The notes under the pieces were generated by a model that was not told the DNA's origin, did no database searches, and saw only the letters and a list, made by a program, of their open reading frames with translations. A stretch of 24,461 nt of DNA from a virus (taxonomy: Duplodnaviria > Heunggongvirae > Uroviricota > Caudoviricetes). Shown in pieces: positions 8,681 to 17,420 of the stretch; the first letter of the stretch is position 1, and every line of letters begins with the position of its first letter. The DNA is taken from the IMG/VR virus record IMGVR_UViG_2541047952_000002, one strand, 5' to 3'. The position numbers and the translations under genes are program-made.

Positions 8681-8803
8681 CGCGCACGTGGCTTCTAGAC
8701 ATATATCAGAGGCTTTGTTTCAATCGTAATTTATTAAATTGATTATGTTTGAATGATTTGTCATATTCTATAAGTGTTCAAGATGGCAATAAGAGGTGTC
8801 TTA

Positions 8804-10405
8804 ATGTTTGAAATTCCGAAGGCTGATGGTTCTAGCTTTGAATTGAAGTTGGCTCCTGGAGAGGTTGTTTTCTTGTTAGGACCAAATGGTTCCGGAAAGT
8901 CTTCTATAATTGATTTTCTATACAAAAAATATCCTAATAGATTTGAGAAAATAATTGCGCATAGACAAAATTGGATTCAGTCTAACAGATCTAACGTATC
9001 CAATCATGAGAGTCATCAAACATCAGGTTATATTAAGAGTTGGGATTCGCAGGAGGAGTCAAGATACAAAGATGATTATTCCGGTCGTAGAACAGAGATC
9101 TTACTGAACAAAATAATCTCTGCAGAGAATCATGCAGCCAGAACTTTTGTCAATAATTTCTCCCTAGCTTCTCGCGAGGGGCGTGGTAATTTAACTCTTA
9201 CGGAAACACCAGTTGAGAAAATTAATAGATGCCTGAATGAAGCTTTTATTAATATTACGATAAGAATAGATGATTCGGATTCTTTGTTGGTAAGTCGCAA
9301 TGGCTCTGATGAATATAGCTTGGCTCAGCTTTCTGACGGAGAAAGAAATGCAATATTTATTGCAATTGCCATTTTTACAGCCCCAGACGGCGCCTTTTTT
9401 TTAATCGATGAGCCAGAGAGGCATTTGCATCCTTCAATATCTCATTCGTTGATTAAATCTCTTTTAAATGAGCGCCCCGATTGTGGATATGTAATATCCA
9501 CACATGATTTATCTTTGCCATCAGCAGTACCTCATTCCAGAGTGTTGTTGCTGAGAGATTGCGTGTATGAAAATATGCGACCAGTTCGTTGGTATATAGA
9601 CGCAATTGACTCATTGGCGGAAATTGATGAGAGGCTTCGAGAAGACATACTTGGGTCAAGGAAAAAAATAATCTTTGTTGAGGGTAATACATCATCAAGC
9701 TTAGACCAGAAGCTATACTCGATAATTTTTCCAGGTTATTCGGTAATACCAAAAGCTAGTTGCGATTATGTCGAGCGTTCTGTGGATGGTCTGAGAGAGT
9801 CGGAAAATCTTCATCATGTAATTCCATATGGTATTATTGATAATGATAATAAACCTGAACGACAGGTTTCAAATCTTGAAATGAAAGGGGTTTATTCTTT
9901 AAATGTGCACTCAATTGAATCAATATACTATCATCCGGAATTAATTTTAAACGTAATTAATAATTATAAGGATTCTCAAAATATATCGGACCCCGATGCA
10001 TTATATGCGCAGTTGTGTGACGAGTCATTGTCCATGCTTTCCGAGCACAAAGAAAGACTATGCTGTAGAGCAATAGAGAAAGCCATTAGGTCTAAGCTAT
10101 TTTCGAATTTGCCAACTTTGAGAAGTATTGAAGCGGGGAATGATGTTAATATAAATATTAACGTTGGTGATTTTTTGAGAGAAGAAATTGTCTTTTTTGA
10201 AAACTGTCTACGTCAGCAAGATCTCATCAGTTTAGTCGAAAAATATCCAATTCGTGAAACTGCTTATATCGCTAAGGTGCATAAGCTATTGGGGTATTCA
10301 ACGCGTCAACTTTACGAGCATAATCTTTTACGCCTTGTAACGTCGAATTCTGAGGTGAAAAATATTGCCAAAAGGCTGATTGGCAATATTTGCAATGTTA
10401 TATGA
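8804..10405 (+). CDS. Solitary ABC-type ATPase fused to a Toprim-like nuclease domain (OLD-family / PARIS AriAB-like candidate anti-phage protein)
   Basis: ORF 8774..10405 (GTG) trimmed to ATG 8804, 7 nt after AAGAGG. Walker A 'GPNGSGKS', ABC signature-like 'LSDGERN', Walker B plus His 'FFLIDEPERHLHPS'. C-terminal half has 'KKIIFVEGNTSS' (Toprim glutamate) and 'GIIDNDNK' (DxD). Strongly AT-rich. Confidence 0.8.
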   Translation: MFEIPKADGSSFELKLAPGEVVFLLGPNGSGKSSIIDFLYKKYPNRFEKIIAHRQNWIQSNRSNVSNHESHQTSGYIKSWDSQEESRYKDDYSGRRTEILLNKIISAENHAARTFVNNFSLASREGRGNLTLTETPVEKINRCLNEAFINITIRIDDSDSLLVSRNGSDEYSLAQLSDGERNAIFIAIAIFTAPDGAFFLIDEPERHLHPSISHSLIKSLLNERPDCGYVISTHDLSLPSAVPHSRVLLLRDCVYENMRPVRWYIDAIDSLAEIDERLREDILGSRKKIIFVEGNTSSSLDQKLYSIIFPGYSVIPKASCDYVERSVDGLRESENLHHVIPYGIIDNDNKPERQVSNLEMKGVYSLNVHSIESIYYHPELILNVINNYKDSQNISDPDALYAQLCDESLSMLSEHKERLCCRAIEKAIRSKLFSNLPTLRSIEAGNDVNININVGDFLREEIVFFENCLRQQDLISLVEKYPIRETAYIAKVHKLLGYSTRQLYEHNLLRLVTSNSEVKNIAKRLIGNICNVI

Positions 10406-10407
10406 TT

Positions 10408-10429
10408 TTCCGCCTCCTAGGAGGCGGAA
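10408..10429. terminator. Perfect 22-bp palindrome between ATPase-Toprim gene and portal gene Q (probable bidirectional terminator)
   Basis: TTCCGCCTCCT|AGGAGGCGGAA is perfectly self-complementary. It lies 2 nt after the ATPase-Toprim stop and 10 nt before the Q stop. Confidence 0.5.
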
Positions 10430-10439
10430 TTATTGTCTG

Positions 10440-11474
10440 CTAAAGTGCGTAGCTTGAAAAAAGTATAATTTCATCAGCCAACCAGTTGTTTAATTCACTG
10501 AGCCTTTTCTGCAGCGGCATCAGCTCGTTGCGGACAAAGACGCGGCTGGCCTTTTCCACATCACCAAAGCCGCCTGTGTTGTTGGGGATAATCCCCATCA
10601 TCTGCGGCGGTACTCGGTGCGCCGCCATCATGTCATCCCGGCTCACATTCTTGATATTCAAAAACTCATCCTTTGCCGCCACCTCTGACAGTGGGATGAT
10701 CTGAATGCCGTCCTTTTTGCCGTTGGGCGAGTACATAAACAGGTTGCGAAAATTGCCCGGCCCTTTGGCGCTTTTCATGGCCTGGCGGATGTTGTTCACG
10801 TCTTCCTGATTCTGCGCGGCGTCGGTCATGTACATGATAAAACCCGCGTGGCTGCCGTTGATGTAGTACTTCCGGCGGAACAGAGTAGCGGACTCATTCA
10901 GCAAGGCGGAAGGGATGGCGGACAGGTATTCCGGCAGGCCATAAATCTCCTGGTTCAGGTCCGGCTCCATCAGGTGAAAGATGCTGCCTTTGGTGAACTC
11001 GTAGGGCTGCGTGGTCATGCCGTATTGCACAAACCAGTAAGTGTCTAGGTCGATCCCGCGGCGGGTGTATTTCGCCAGTGATGGCTCCAGCGACAGAATG
11101 CCGCCCAACCGGTTCGTCCGTTTCTCCAGGTAGGCATTACCGAACACCAGATAGTCCTGCACGAAACGGCTGAATGCCTGCTGACTTAATAGCGGGTGCG
11201 GAATGAACGTGCTGGTCAGAATGTTGCGCTTAACGGCAATCGGTGAGCTGTGATGTATGGCGGCACGGTAAGTGCGGGCCAGGCCGTCAAAGCTCACGGG
11301 CGGCTCATACCACTTATCCATCTGCACACATTCTACGTAGTCCAGGAGTTCGCGGCGGTCCAGTACCGGGATGGGGTCGCCAAAGCTGAACGCTTCGACG
11401 TGAGTTGTGTTCTTCTGCTGTACGGTTTCCTGCACTGGCGCGATGCGGGTAAGGGCGTCGTGTTCACTCATCAA
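10440..11474 (-). CDS. Q: Portal (capsid portal vertex) protein gpQ
   Basis: 344 aa, same length as P2 Q. 'FSFGDP' N-terminal region. Start overlaps terminase stop (ATGA). Divergent from the O-N-M-L operon as in P2. Confidence 0.9.
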   Translation of the reverse strand: MMSEHDALTRIAPVQETVQQKNTTHVEAFSFGDPIPVLDRRELLDYVECVQMDKWYEPPVSFDGLARTYRAAIHHSSPIAVKRNILTSTFIPHPLLSQQAFSRFVQDYLVFGNAYLEKRTNRLGGILSLEPSLAKYTRRGIDLDTYWFVQYGMTTQPYEFTKGSIFHLMEPDLNQEIYGLPEYLSAIPSALLNESATLFRRKYYINGSHAGFIMYMTDAAQNQEDVNNIRQAMKSAKGPGNFRNLFMYSPNGKKDGIQIIPLSEVAAKDEFLNIKNVSRDDMMAAHRVPPQMMGIIPNNTGGFGDVEKASRVFVRNELMPLQKRLSELNNWLADEIILFSSYAL

Positions 11475-13237
11475 AAAATCTCCACAATGTTGCTGGTATT
11501 GGCGGCTTCGCCCTGAAGCGGTTCGTTAAACAGTGCGTGCATCGTTGCCCAGGCCAAGTCTGCGTGGCTGGCTTCTTCACTGCGGCTGGCTTCGTATGTA
11601 GGGCGGTTTCCGCTGGCGGTAGTGGCGCGGCGGATAGCCATAAAGGACTGCGCAATGTCGGTGTGTCCCGCGTCAAACTCCAGACGCCGGTGGCTGATAA
11701 TGTCGTATGCCTTGAGCACCAGGGCGTTTTTGACGTTGGGGTTGTAGACAAACTCCCGCACAGCAGGAAAGAACGCTTTCACGTTCTCGTAGACACCGTG
11801 ACCGACGCCGGTTGAGTCGATACCGATATAGGTCACGTTGTACTGCTGCGTCAGCTTTTTGATAGCGTCCGCCTGGGCGCGGAAGTCCATCCCGCGCCAC
11901 TGGTGCCGCTCAAGAATGCGGAACTTGCCGCCCGGTACGGTTGGTGGTGCGACCACCACGCACCCGGCGCTGTCACCGTTCTGCGTGCCTTTCGCCGGGT
12001 CGTATCCGATCCAGACTTCGCGCCAGCCAAACGGGCGCAGCGCCAGCGCCTGAAAATCGGACCACACTTCCCAACTGTCCACCATGCACGCCTGCAGCTC
12101 GCTGAGCGGAAACACGGACGCGAGATCGTCCACAAACTCGCACATCAGCAGGTTCTGGTATTCGTCCGGGCTGTACTCCATGCGCAACTGGTCAAGGTCG
12201 AACAGGTTACAGCCGCCGCGCACCGCATCTTCCACGGTGACTATCTGGCGGTATTGCCCGTCTGCGCACAGCAGGCCGGGGGCCAGATTGCTGTGGGACA
12301 GGTCGATGTCCACCTTGTCGGCCTTGTTGCGCCCACGGTTGAACAGCGCACCGGACCAGAACGGATAAGCACTGTGTGTCAGGCTGGATGGCGTGGAAAA
12401 ATAGGTCTGTCGCCATTTCTTGTGAATAGCCATACCGGAAGCCACTTTGCGCAGCTCCTGGAATTTCGGTATCCAGAAATATTCATCCAGATACAGGTTG
12501 CCGTGATAACTCTGGGCCGTGCGGGCATTGGTGCCGAGGAAGTAAAGCGTGGCCCCGTTGGGAAGCACCATCGGATCACCTTTCAGCTCCACCTCCACTT
12601 CTTTGGCGAAGTCGATGATGTACTGCTTAAAGACGTGGGCCTGTGCCTTGCTTGCGGAAAGGAAAATCTGGTTACGTCCGGTCAGCAGAGCGTCAATCAG
12701 GGCTTCACGGGCAAAATAGAAGGTCGCGCCGATCTGGCGTGACTTCAACAGGTTGCGGATGCGGTTGGTTTTTCCGGCTTCCCACCAGTGGCGCTGGTAG
12801 TTGAACATGGAGGAATGGAAGATTTCTTCCAGCTTCTCAATCTGTTCATCGGTGAAAACGTTCTTTTCCGGCTGACGGCGCGGGCCTTTGTTGCGGTTGG
12901 CGACGTTAGGGTTTAAGTCGGCTTCGTTGCCGCCATTGTTAAACTTGCCGATCCGCGCATGGCGCTCCGACTGGCGCGCCAGCAGGTCAATCTCTTTGAA
13001 ATCTTTCCCTTCTTTGTGCTCCTTCATAATGAGCTGGCAGTAGCGTGCGGCGGTGGTGAGCTGCATCTGATCCAGCGGCCCATAGTCACCCCACTTGTCG
13101 CGTTTTTTCCAGCTGTGAACGGTTGCAACTTTCTCGCCCAGCATTTCAGCAATGCGGGCTACGCGGTATCCCTGAAAGTACAGCAGCATGGCCTGCCGAC
13201 GGGGATCGAGATCTGCGGGTGTCAGTGTGGTGTTCAT
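11471..13237 (-). CDS. P: Terminase large (ATPase) subunit gpP
   Basis: 588 aa, upstream of and translationally coupled to Q. Position and size match P2 P (~590 aa). Confidence 0.88.
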   Translation of the reverse strand: MNTTLTPADLDPRRQAMLLYFQGYRVARIAEMLGEKVATVHSWKKRDKWGDYGPLDQMQLTTAARYCQLIMKEHKEGKDFKEIDLLARQSERHARIGKFNNGGNEADLNPNVANRNKGPRRQPEKNVFTDEQIEKLEEIFHSSMFNYQRHWWEAGKTNRIRNLLKSRQIGATFYFAREALIDALLTGRNQIFLSASKAQAHVFKQYIIDFAKEVEVELKGDPMVLPNGATLYFLGTNARTAQSYHGNLYLDEYFWIPKFQELRKVASGMAIHKKWRQTYFSTPSSLTHSAYPFWSGALFNRGRNKADKVDIDLSHSNLAPGLLCADGQYRQIVTVEDAVRGGCNLFDLDQLRMEYSPDEYQNLLMCEFVDDLASVFPLSELQACMVDSWEVWSDFQALALRPFGWREVWIGYDPAKGTQNGDSAGCVVVAPPTVPGGKFRILERHQWRGMDFRAQADAIKKLTQQYNVTYIGIDSTGVGHGVYENVKAFFPAVREFVYNPNVKNALVLKAYDIISHRRLEFDAGHTDIAQSFMAIRRATTASGNRPTYEASRSEEASHADLAWATMHALFNEPLQGEAANTSNIVEIF

Positions 13238-13283
13238 GGCACAAACCTACAGCCTTGAATGAAGGCTTTCCCCGCCTGCGGTT

Positions 13284-13301
13284 TGTGTGGTTGTCGGTAC
13301 A
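13284..13301. promoter_or_regulatory. Candidate late-promoter activator (Ogr/B) binding site, TGT-N12-ACA, in the P/O divergent region
   Basis: TGTGTGGTTGTCGGTACA lies ~80 bp upstream of the O start. P2-family late promoters carry a TGT-N12-ACA dyad near -55. Confidence 0.4.
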
Positions 13302-13379
13302 AATACCGCGCATTGTTTCACTGCCCCCATCACCGCAACCATAAGGCTCCAGTAAGTTTTTTCTAACGGAGCACGGCTC

Positions 13380-14213
13380 ATGACAGTGAAAGCAAAGCGT
13401 TTTCGCATCGGGGTGGAAGGTGCCACCACCGACGGACGCGAAATCCAGCGTGAATGGCTGGAACAGATGGCAGCCAGCTACAACCCGGCGGTGTATACCG
13501 CGCTGATTAACCTTGAGCACATCAAGTCTTATCTGCCGGACAGCACCTTTAACCGCTACGGCAAGGTGACGGCGCTGTTTGCTGAAGAAATCACGGAAGG
13601 TCCGCTGGCAGGCAAGATGGCATTGTATGCCGACGTTGAGCCAACGGAGTCCCTGGTGGAACTGGTGAAAAAAGGCCAGAAATTATTCACCTCTATGGAA
13701 GTCAGCCCTAAGTTCGCTGATACGGGCAAAGCCTACCTGGTTGGACTGGCCGCCACTGATGATCCAGCCAGTCTGGGTACGGAAATGCTGACATTCAGCG
13801 CCAGTGCAGCCCATAACCCGCTGGCAAACCGCAAGCAGAATCCCGCCAATCTTTTTACCGCTGCAGAGGAAACAGTGATCGAACTGGAAGAAGTCCAGGA
13901 CGAAAAAACATCCCTGTTTGCCCGTGTCACGGCGCTGTTCACCAAAAAAGAGCAGTCCGATGATGCCCGGTTCTCTGATGTGCATAAGGCCGTGGAGCTG
14001 GTCGCCACTGAGCAGCAAAACCTGAGTGCGCGCACCGAAAAATCCCTGTCTGAACAGGAAGAACGCCTGTCTGAGCTGGAGACAGCCCTGCAGGCACAGT
14101 TGACCGCCTTTAACGAACTGGTGGACAAGCTGAGCCATGAAGACAGCCGCCAGGACTACCGCCAGCGTGCAACAGGCGGTAACGCCCCCGCTGACACTCT
14201 GACCAATTGCTGA
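13380..14213 (+). CDS. O: Capsid scaffolding protein gpO
   Basis: 277 aa, first gene of the rightward head operon, acidic coiled-coil-like C-terminal region. Position and size as P2 O. Confidence 0.85.
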   Translation: MTVKAKRFRIGVEGATTDGREIQREWLEQMAASYNPAVYTALINLEHIKSYLPDSTFNRYGKVTALFAEEITEGPLAGKMALYADVEPTESLVELVKKGQKLFTSMEVSPKFADTGKAYLVGLAATDDPASLGTEMLTFSASAAHNPLANRKQNPANLFTAAEETVIELEEVQDEKTSLFARVTALFTKKEQSDDARFSDVHKAVELVATEQQNLSARTEKSLSEQEERLSELETALQAQLTAFNELVDKLSHEDSRQDYRQRATGGNAPADTLTNC

Positions 14214-14229
14214 TGGAGCACAAAACCTG

Positions 14230-15288
14230 ATGAAGAAGAATACCCGCTTTGCTTTTAACGCTTACCTGCAGCAGCTGGCGCGTCTGAACGGTGTGGCAGT
14301 TGAAGAACTGTCCAGCAAGTTCACCGTGGAGCCGTCTGTACAGCAGACGCTGGAAGACCAGATCCAGCAGTCCGCCTCTTTCCTGACGCTGATTAACGTC
14401 ACACCAGTGACTGAGCAGTCTGGTCAGTTGCTGGGGCTGGGTGTTGGCAGCACCATTGCCGGAACCACTGATACCACCGCGAAAGAGCGAGAACCTGTCG
14501 ATCCGACGCTGATGGTCGATGTGGAATACAAATGCGAACAGACCAACTTTGACACGGTGCTGACCTACGCGAAGCTGGACCTGTGGGCGAAGTTTCAGGA
14601 TTTCCAGGTGCGTATCCGTAACGCCATCGTGAAACGTCAGGCACTGGACCGCATCATGATCGGCTTTAACGGCGTGAAGCGTGCGAAAACCTCCAACCGT
14701 AGCGAAAACCCGCTGCTGCAGGATGTGAACAAAGGCTGGCTGCAGAAAATCCGTGAGGATGCACCGGATCACGTCATGGGCAGCACCACCACGGGCGGTG
14801 AAACCACACCGGGCGCGGTGAAAGTCGGTAAAGGTGGCGAATATGCCAACCTGGACGCCGTAGTGATGGATGCCGTCAATGAGCTTATCGACGTGGTCTA
14901 CCAGGACGATGACGATCTGGTGGTGATTTGCGGTCGTGAACTGCTGTCTGACAAGTATTTCCCGCTGGTCAACAAAGAGCAGGAAAACAGTGAAAAACTG
15001 GCTGCCGATATGATCATCAGTCAGAAACGCATGGGTGGCCTGCAGGCCGTGCGTGCGCCGTTCTTCCCGCCGAATGCACTGCTGATCACCCGTCTGGATA
15101 ACCTGTCCATCTACTGGCAGGAAGACACCCGCCGCCGTTCAGTTATCGACAACCCGAAACGTGACCGGATTGAAAACTTTGAATCCGTTAACGAAGCCTA
15201 TGTGGTTGAGGACTACCGCTGCGCTGCACTGGTGGAAAACATCCAGATTGGCGATTTCAGCGCCGCTGCAGCAGAAGTCGGAGCGTAA
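14230..15288 (+). CDS. N: Major capsid protein gpN
   Basis: 352 aa. N-terminus 'TRFAFNAYLQQLARLNGV...KFTVEPSVQQTL' resembles P2 N. Position after O. Confidence 0.9.
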   Translation: MKKNTRFAFNAYLQQLARLNGVAVEELSSKFTVEPSVQQTLEDQIQQSASFLTLINVTPVTEQSGQLLGLGVGSTIAGTTDTTAKEREPVDPTLMVDVEYKCEQTNFDTVLTYAKLDLWAKFQDFQVRIRNAIVKRQALDRIMIGFNGVKRAKTSNRSENPLLQDVNKGWLQKIREDAPDHVMGSTTTGGETTPGAVKVGKGGEYANLDAVVMDAVNELIDVVYQDDDDLVVICGRELLSDKYFPLVNKEQENSEKLAADMIISQKRMGGLQAVRAPFFPPNALLITRLDNLSIYWQEDTRRRSVIDNPKRDRIENFESVNEAYVVEDYRCAALVENIQIGDFSAAAAEVGA

Positions 15289-15291
15289 CCC

Positions 15292-15942
15292 ATGAGCCTG
15301 AGTCCCGCACGGCAGCATCGCCTGCGCGTTCAGGCTGAACAGGCCGCCCGCGAGGGCGGCAGCGTTCGCCACGCGTCGGGCTATGACCTGATGCTGCTGC
15401 AACTGGCGGAAGACCGCCGCCGTCTCAAGGGCGTTCAGTCCACGGTCAAAAAAGCGGAAATCAAGGTGGAACTGCTGCCGAAGTACGCCGCCTGGGCAGA
15501 GGGTGTCCTGACTGCCGGAGGCGCACAGCAGGATGACGTGCTGATGTACGTGATGCTGTGGCGCATTGATGCCGGAGATTATGCCGGGGCGCTGGAGATC
15601 GGGCGTCACGCCCTGCGTCATGGCTGGGTGATGCCGTTGGGTAACCGCAACGTGCAGACCGTGCTGGCAGAGGAAATAGCAGACGCCGCGCAGAGCGCAA
15701 TGCTTGCCGCCACCGGCTTTGATGCAGATCTGTTGCTGCAGACGCTGGAGCTGACAGACGGTCTGGATATGCCGGACCAGTCACGGGCGCGTCTGCATAA
15801 AGCGATTGGCGCAGTCCTGAGTGAAAGCAATCCGGCTTCCGCCCTTAATCATCTCAACCATGCGTTACAGCTCGATCCCCGCTGTGGCGTGAAAAAAGAC
15901 AAACAGCAGCTGGAGCGCAGACTGCGCAATGACAGCCGCTGA
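15292..15942 (+). CDS. M: Terminase small (endonuclease) subunit gpM
   Basis: 216 aa, immediately after N. Position as P2 M. Confidence 0.8.
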   Translation: MSLSPARQHRLRVQAEQAAREGGSVRHASGYDLMLLQLAEDRRRLKGVQSTVKKAEIKVELLPKYAAWAEGVLTAGGAQQDDVLMYVMLWRIDAGDYAGALEIGRHALRHGWVMPLGNRNVQTVLAEEIADAAQSAMLAATGFDADLLLQTLELTDGLDMPDQSRARLHKAIGAVLSESNPASALNHLNHALQLDPRCGVKKDKQQLERRLRNDSR

Positions 15943-16037
15943 CAGAACGTGCCCCCGCGCACGGGCGGCACGGGGTGGCGAAAGGCACTGCCACATCAAA
16001 ACCCCGTCCACCGCCCTCTATTTCAGGAGAAAGCAGC

Positions 16038-16502
16038 ATGAAGTTTGTTGCGCCAGAACAGGCACCGGAACAGGCGGAAATCATCAGAAATACGCCGTTC
16101 TGGCCTGATGTGGACCTGTCGGAGTTCCGCAGTGTGATGCGCACTGACGGCACGGTGACGCAGCCGCGTTTAAAGCAGGTTGCGCTGTCGGCAATTTCGG
16201 AGGTCAACGCAGAGCTGTATGAGTTTCGCAGACGCCAGCAGATGCTGGGATATGCCTCGCTGGCAGAGGTTCCGGCGGAACAGCTGGACGGCAAAAGTGA
16301 GCGCATTCAGCACTATTTCAACGCGGTTTACTGCTGGGCACGCGCCATGCTCAACGAACGATACCAGGACTATGACGCCACGGCATCCGGTGTGAAGCGG
16401 GGCGAAGAACTGGCAGAAGCCAGCGGTGATTTGTGGCGTGACGCCCGCTGGGCCATCAGCCGGGTACAGGATGCGCCGCACTGCACAGTGGAGCTTATCT
16501 GA
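16038..16502 (+). CDS. L: Head completion/stabilisation protein gpL
   Basis: ORF 15975..16502 (GTG) trimmed to ATG 16038, 8 nt after AGGAGA. 'ELYEFRRRQQ...LWRDARWAISRVQ' resembles P2 L. Confidence 0.8.
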   Translation: MKFVAPEQAPEQAEIIRNTPFWPDVDLSEFRSVMRTDGTVTQPRLKQVALSAISEVNAELYEFRRRQQMLGYASLAEVPAEQLDGKSERIQHYFNAVYCWARAMLNERYQDYDATASGVKRGEELAEASGDLWRDARWAISRVQDAPHCTVELI

Positions 16503-16705
16503 TGAAAGTGCGTGCGCATCAGTATGACACGGTGGACGCGCTTTGCTGGCGTCATTACGGGCGCACGCAGGGTGTCACGGAGCAGGTACTGAAGGCAAAT
16601 CCGGGGCTTGCCGAATACGGCCCCTTTTTACCTCACGGGCTGCAGGTGGAGCTGCCGGACATTCCGACCACCACCACCGTGCAGACCGTCCAGCTATGGG
16701 ACTGA
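16502..16705 (+). CDS. X: Tail protein gpX
   Basis: 67 aa, same length as P2 X. ATGA overlap with L stop. Confidence 0.8.
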   Translation: MKVRAHQYDTVDALCWRHYGRTQGVTEQVLKANPGLAEYGPFLPHGLQVELPDIPTTTTVQTVQLWD

Positions 16706-16708
16706 ATT

Positions 16709-16924
16709 ATGACGCTTGAGCGAATCAGCGCCTTTATCACGTACTGCATCGCCGTTGTGCTGGCCTGGCTGGGCGATTTGTCCATCAAGGATGCCTCAAC
16801 GCTGGGCGGCCTGATGATTGGTGTGCTGATGCTGGCTATCAACTGGTACTACAAACACAAAGCCTACCAGCTTCTGCGCGACGGGCAGATTTCGCGGGAG
16901 GACTATGAATCCATCAATCGTTAA
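16709..16924 (+). CDS. Y: Holin (lysis cassette, gpY position)
   Basis: 71 aa with two hydrophobic transmembrane-like segments ('ISAFITYCIAVVLAWLG', 'LGGLMIGVLMLAINWYY') and a charged C-terminus. Directly upstream of the endolysin. Confidence 0.65.
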   Translation: MTLERISAFITYCIAVVLAWLGDLSIKDASTLGGLMIGVLMLAINWYYKHKAYQLLRDGQISREDYESINR

Positions 16925-17420
16925 ACGCTGCCTTGTCGGGGCCGTGCTGGCTATTGCTGCCACGCTGCCGGGTTTTCAGCAGCTTCACACCTCCGTGGAG
17001 GGGCTGAAACTGATTGCCGATTACGAAGGTTGTCGTCTGCAGCCGTATCAGTGCAGCGCGGGTGTATGGACTGACGGCATTGGTAATACGTCGGGCGTCA
17101 TTCCCGGCAAAACCATTACGGAACGACAGGCAGCAGAAGGGCTGATCTCCAACGTGCTGCGTGTGGAGCGGTCACTGGAAAGGTGTGTGAAGCAACAGCC
17201 ACCGCAGAAAGTGTATGACGCTGCGGTGTCGTTTGCCTTCAACGTGGGTACGGGCAATGCCTGCAGTTCCACGCTGGTGAAATTGCTCAATCAGCGGCGC
17301 TGGGCGGATGCGTGCCGACAGTTACCGCGCTGGGTTTATGTGAAAGGTGTGTTTAATCAGGGGCTGGATAACCGCCGTGCGCGGGAGATGGCCTGGTGCC
17401 TTAAAGGAGCTGGACTATGA
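16905..17420 (+). CDS. K: Endolysin, T4-lysozyme-like (GH24) with N-terminal SAR-like hydrophobic segment
   Basis: 'DYEGCRLQPYQCSAGVWTDGIGNT' carries the E...D...T catalytic arrangement of GH24 lysozymes. N-terminal Gly/Ala-rich hydrophobic stretch 'CLVGAVLAIAATLPGF'. Overlaps holin end. Confidence 0.8.
   Translation: MNPSIVKRCLVGAVLAIAATLPGFQQLHTSVEGLKLIADYEGCRLQPYQCSAGVWTDGIGNTSGVIPGKTITERQAAEGLISNVLRVERSLERCVKQQPPQKVYDAAVSFAFNVGTGNACSSTLVKLLNQRRWADACRQLPRWVYVKGVFNQGLDNRRAREMAWCLKGAGL

Noticed and set aside
8774-8803. GTG-initiated 10-codon extension of the ATPase-Toprim ORF
   Set aside because: The ATG at 8804 is preceded at ideal spacing by AAGAGG; the GTG start has no RBS.
11903-12742. 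279-aa plus-strand ORF inside the terminase large-subunit gene, plus many other ORFs of 60-170 aa antisense to or overlapping P, Q, A, N, M and H (for example 5633..6136, 6182..6688, 14110..14772, 15139..15621, 22302..22688, 23931..24386)
   Set aside because: They lie antisense or out of frame within long, well-supported phage genes in GC-rich DNA where stop codons are rare. Translations are Arg/Cys/Trp-rich low-complexity with no motifs and no RBS context. Treated as spurious.
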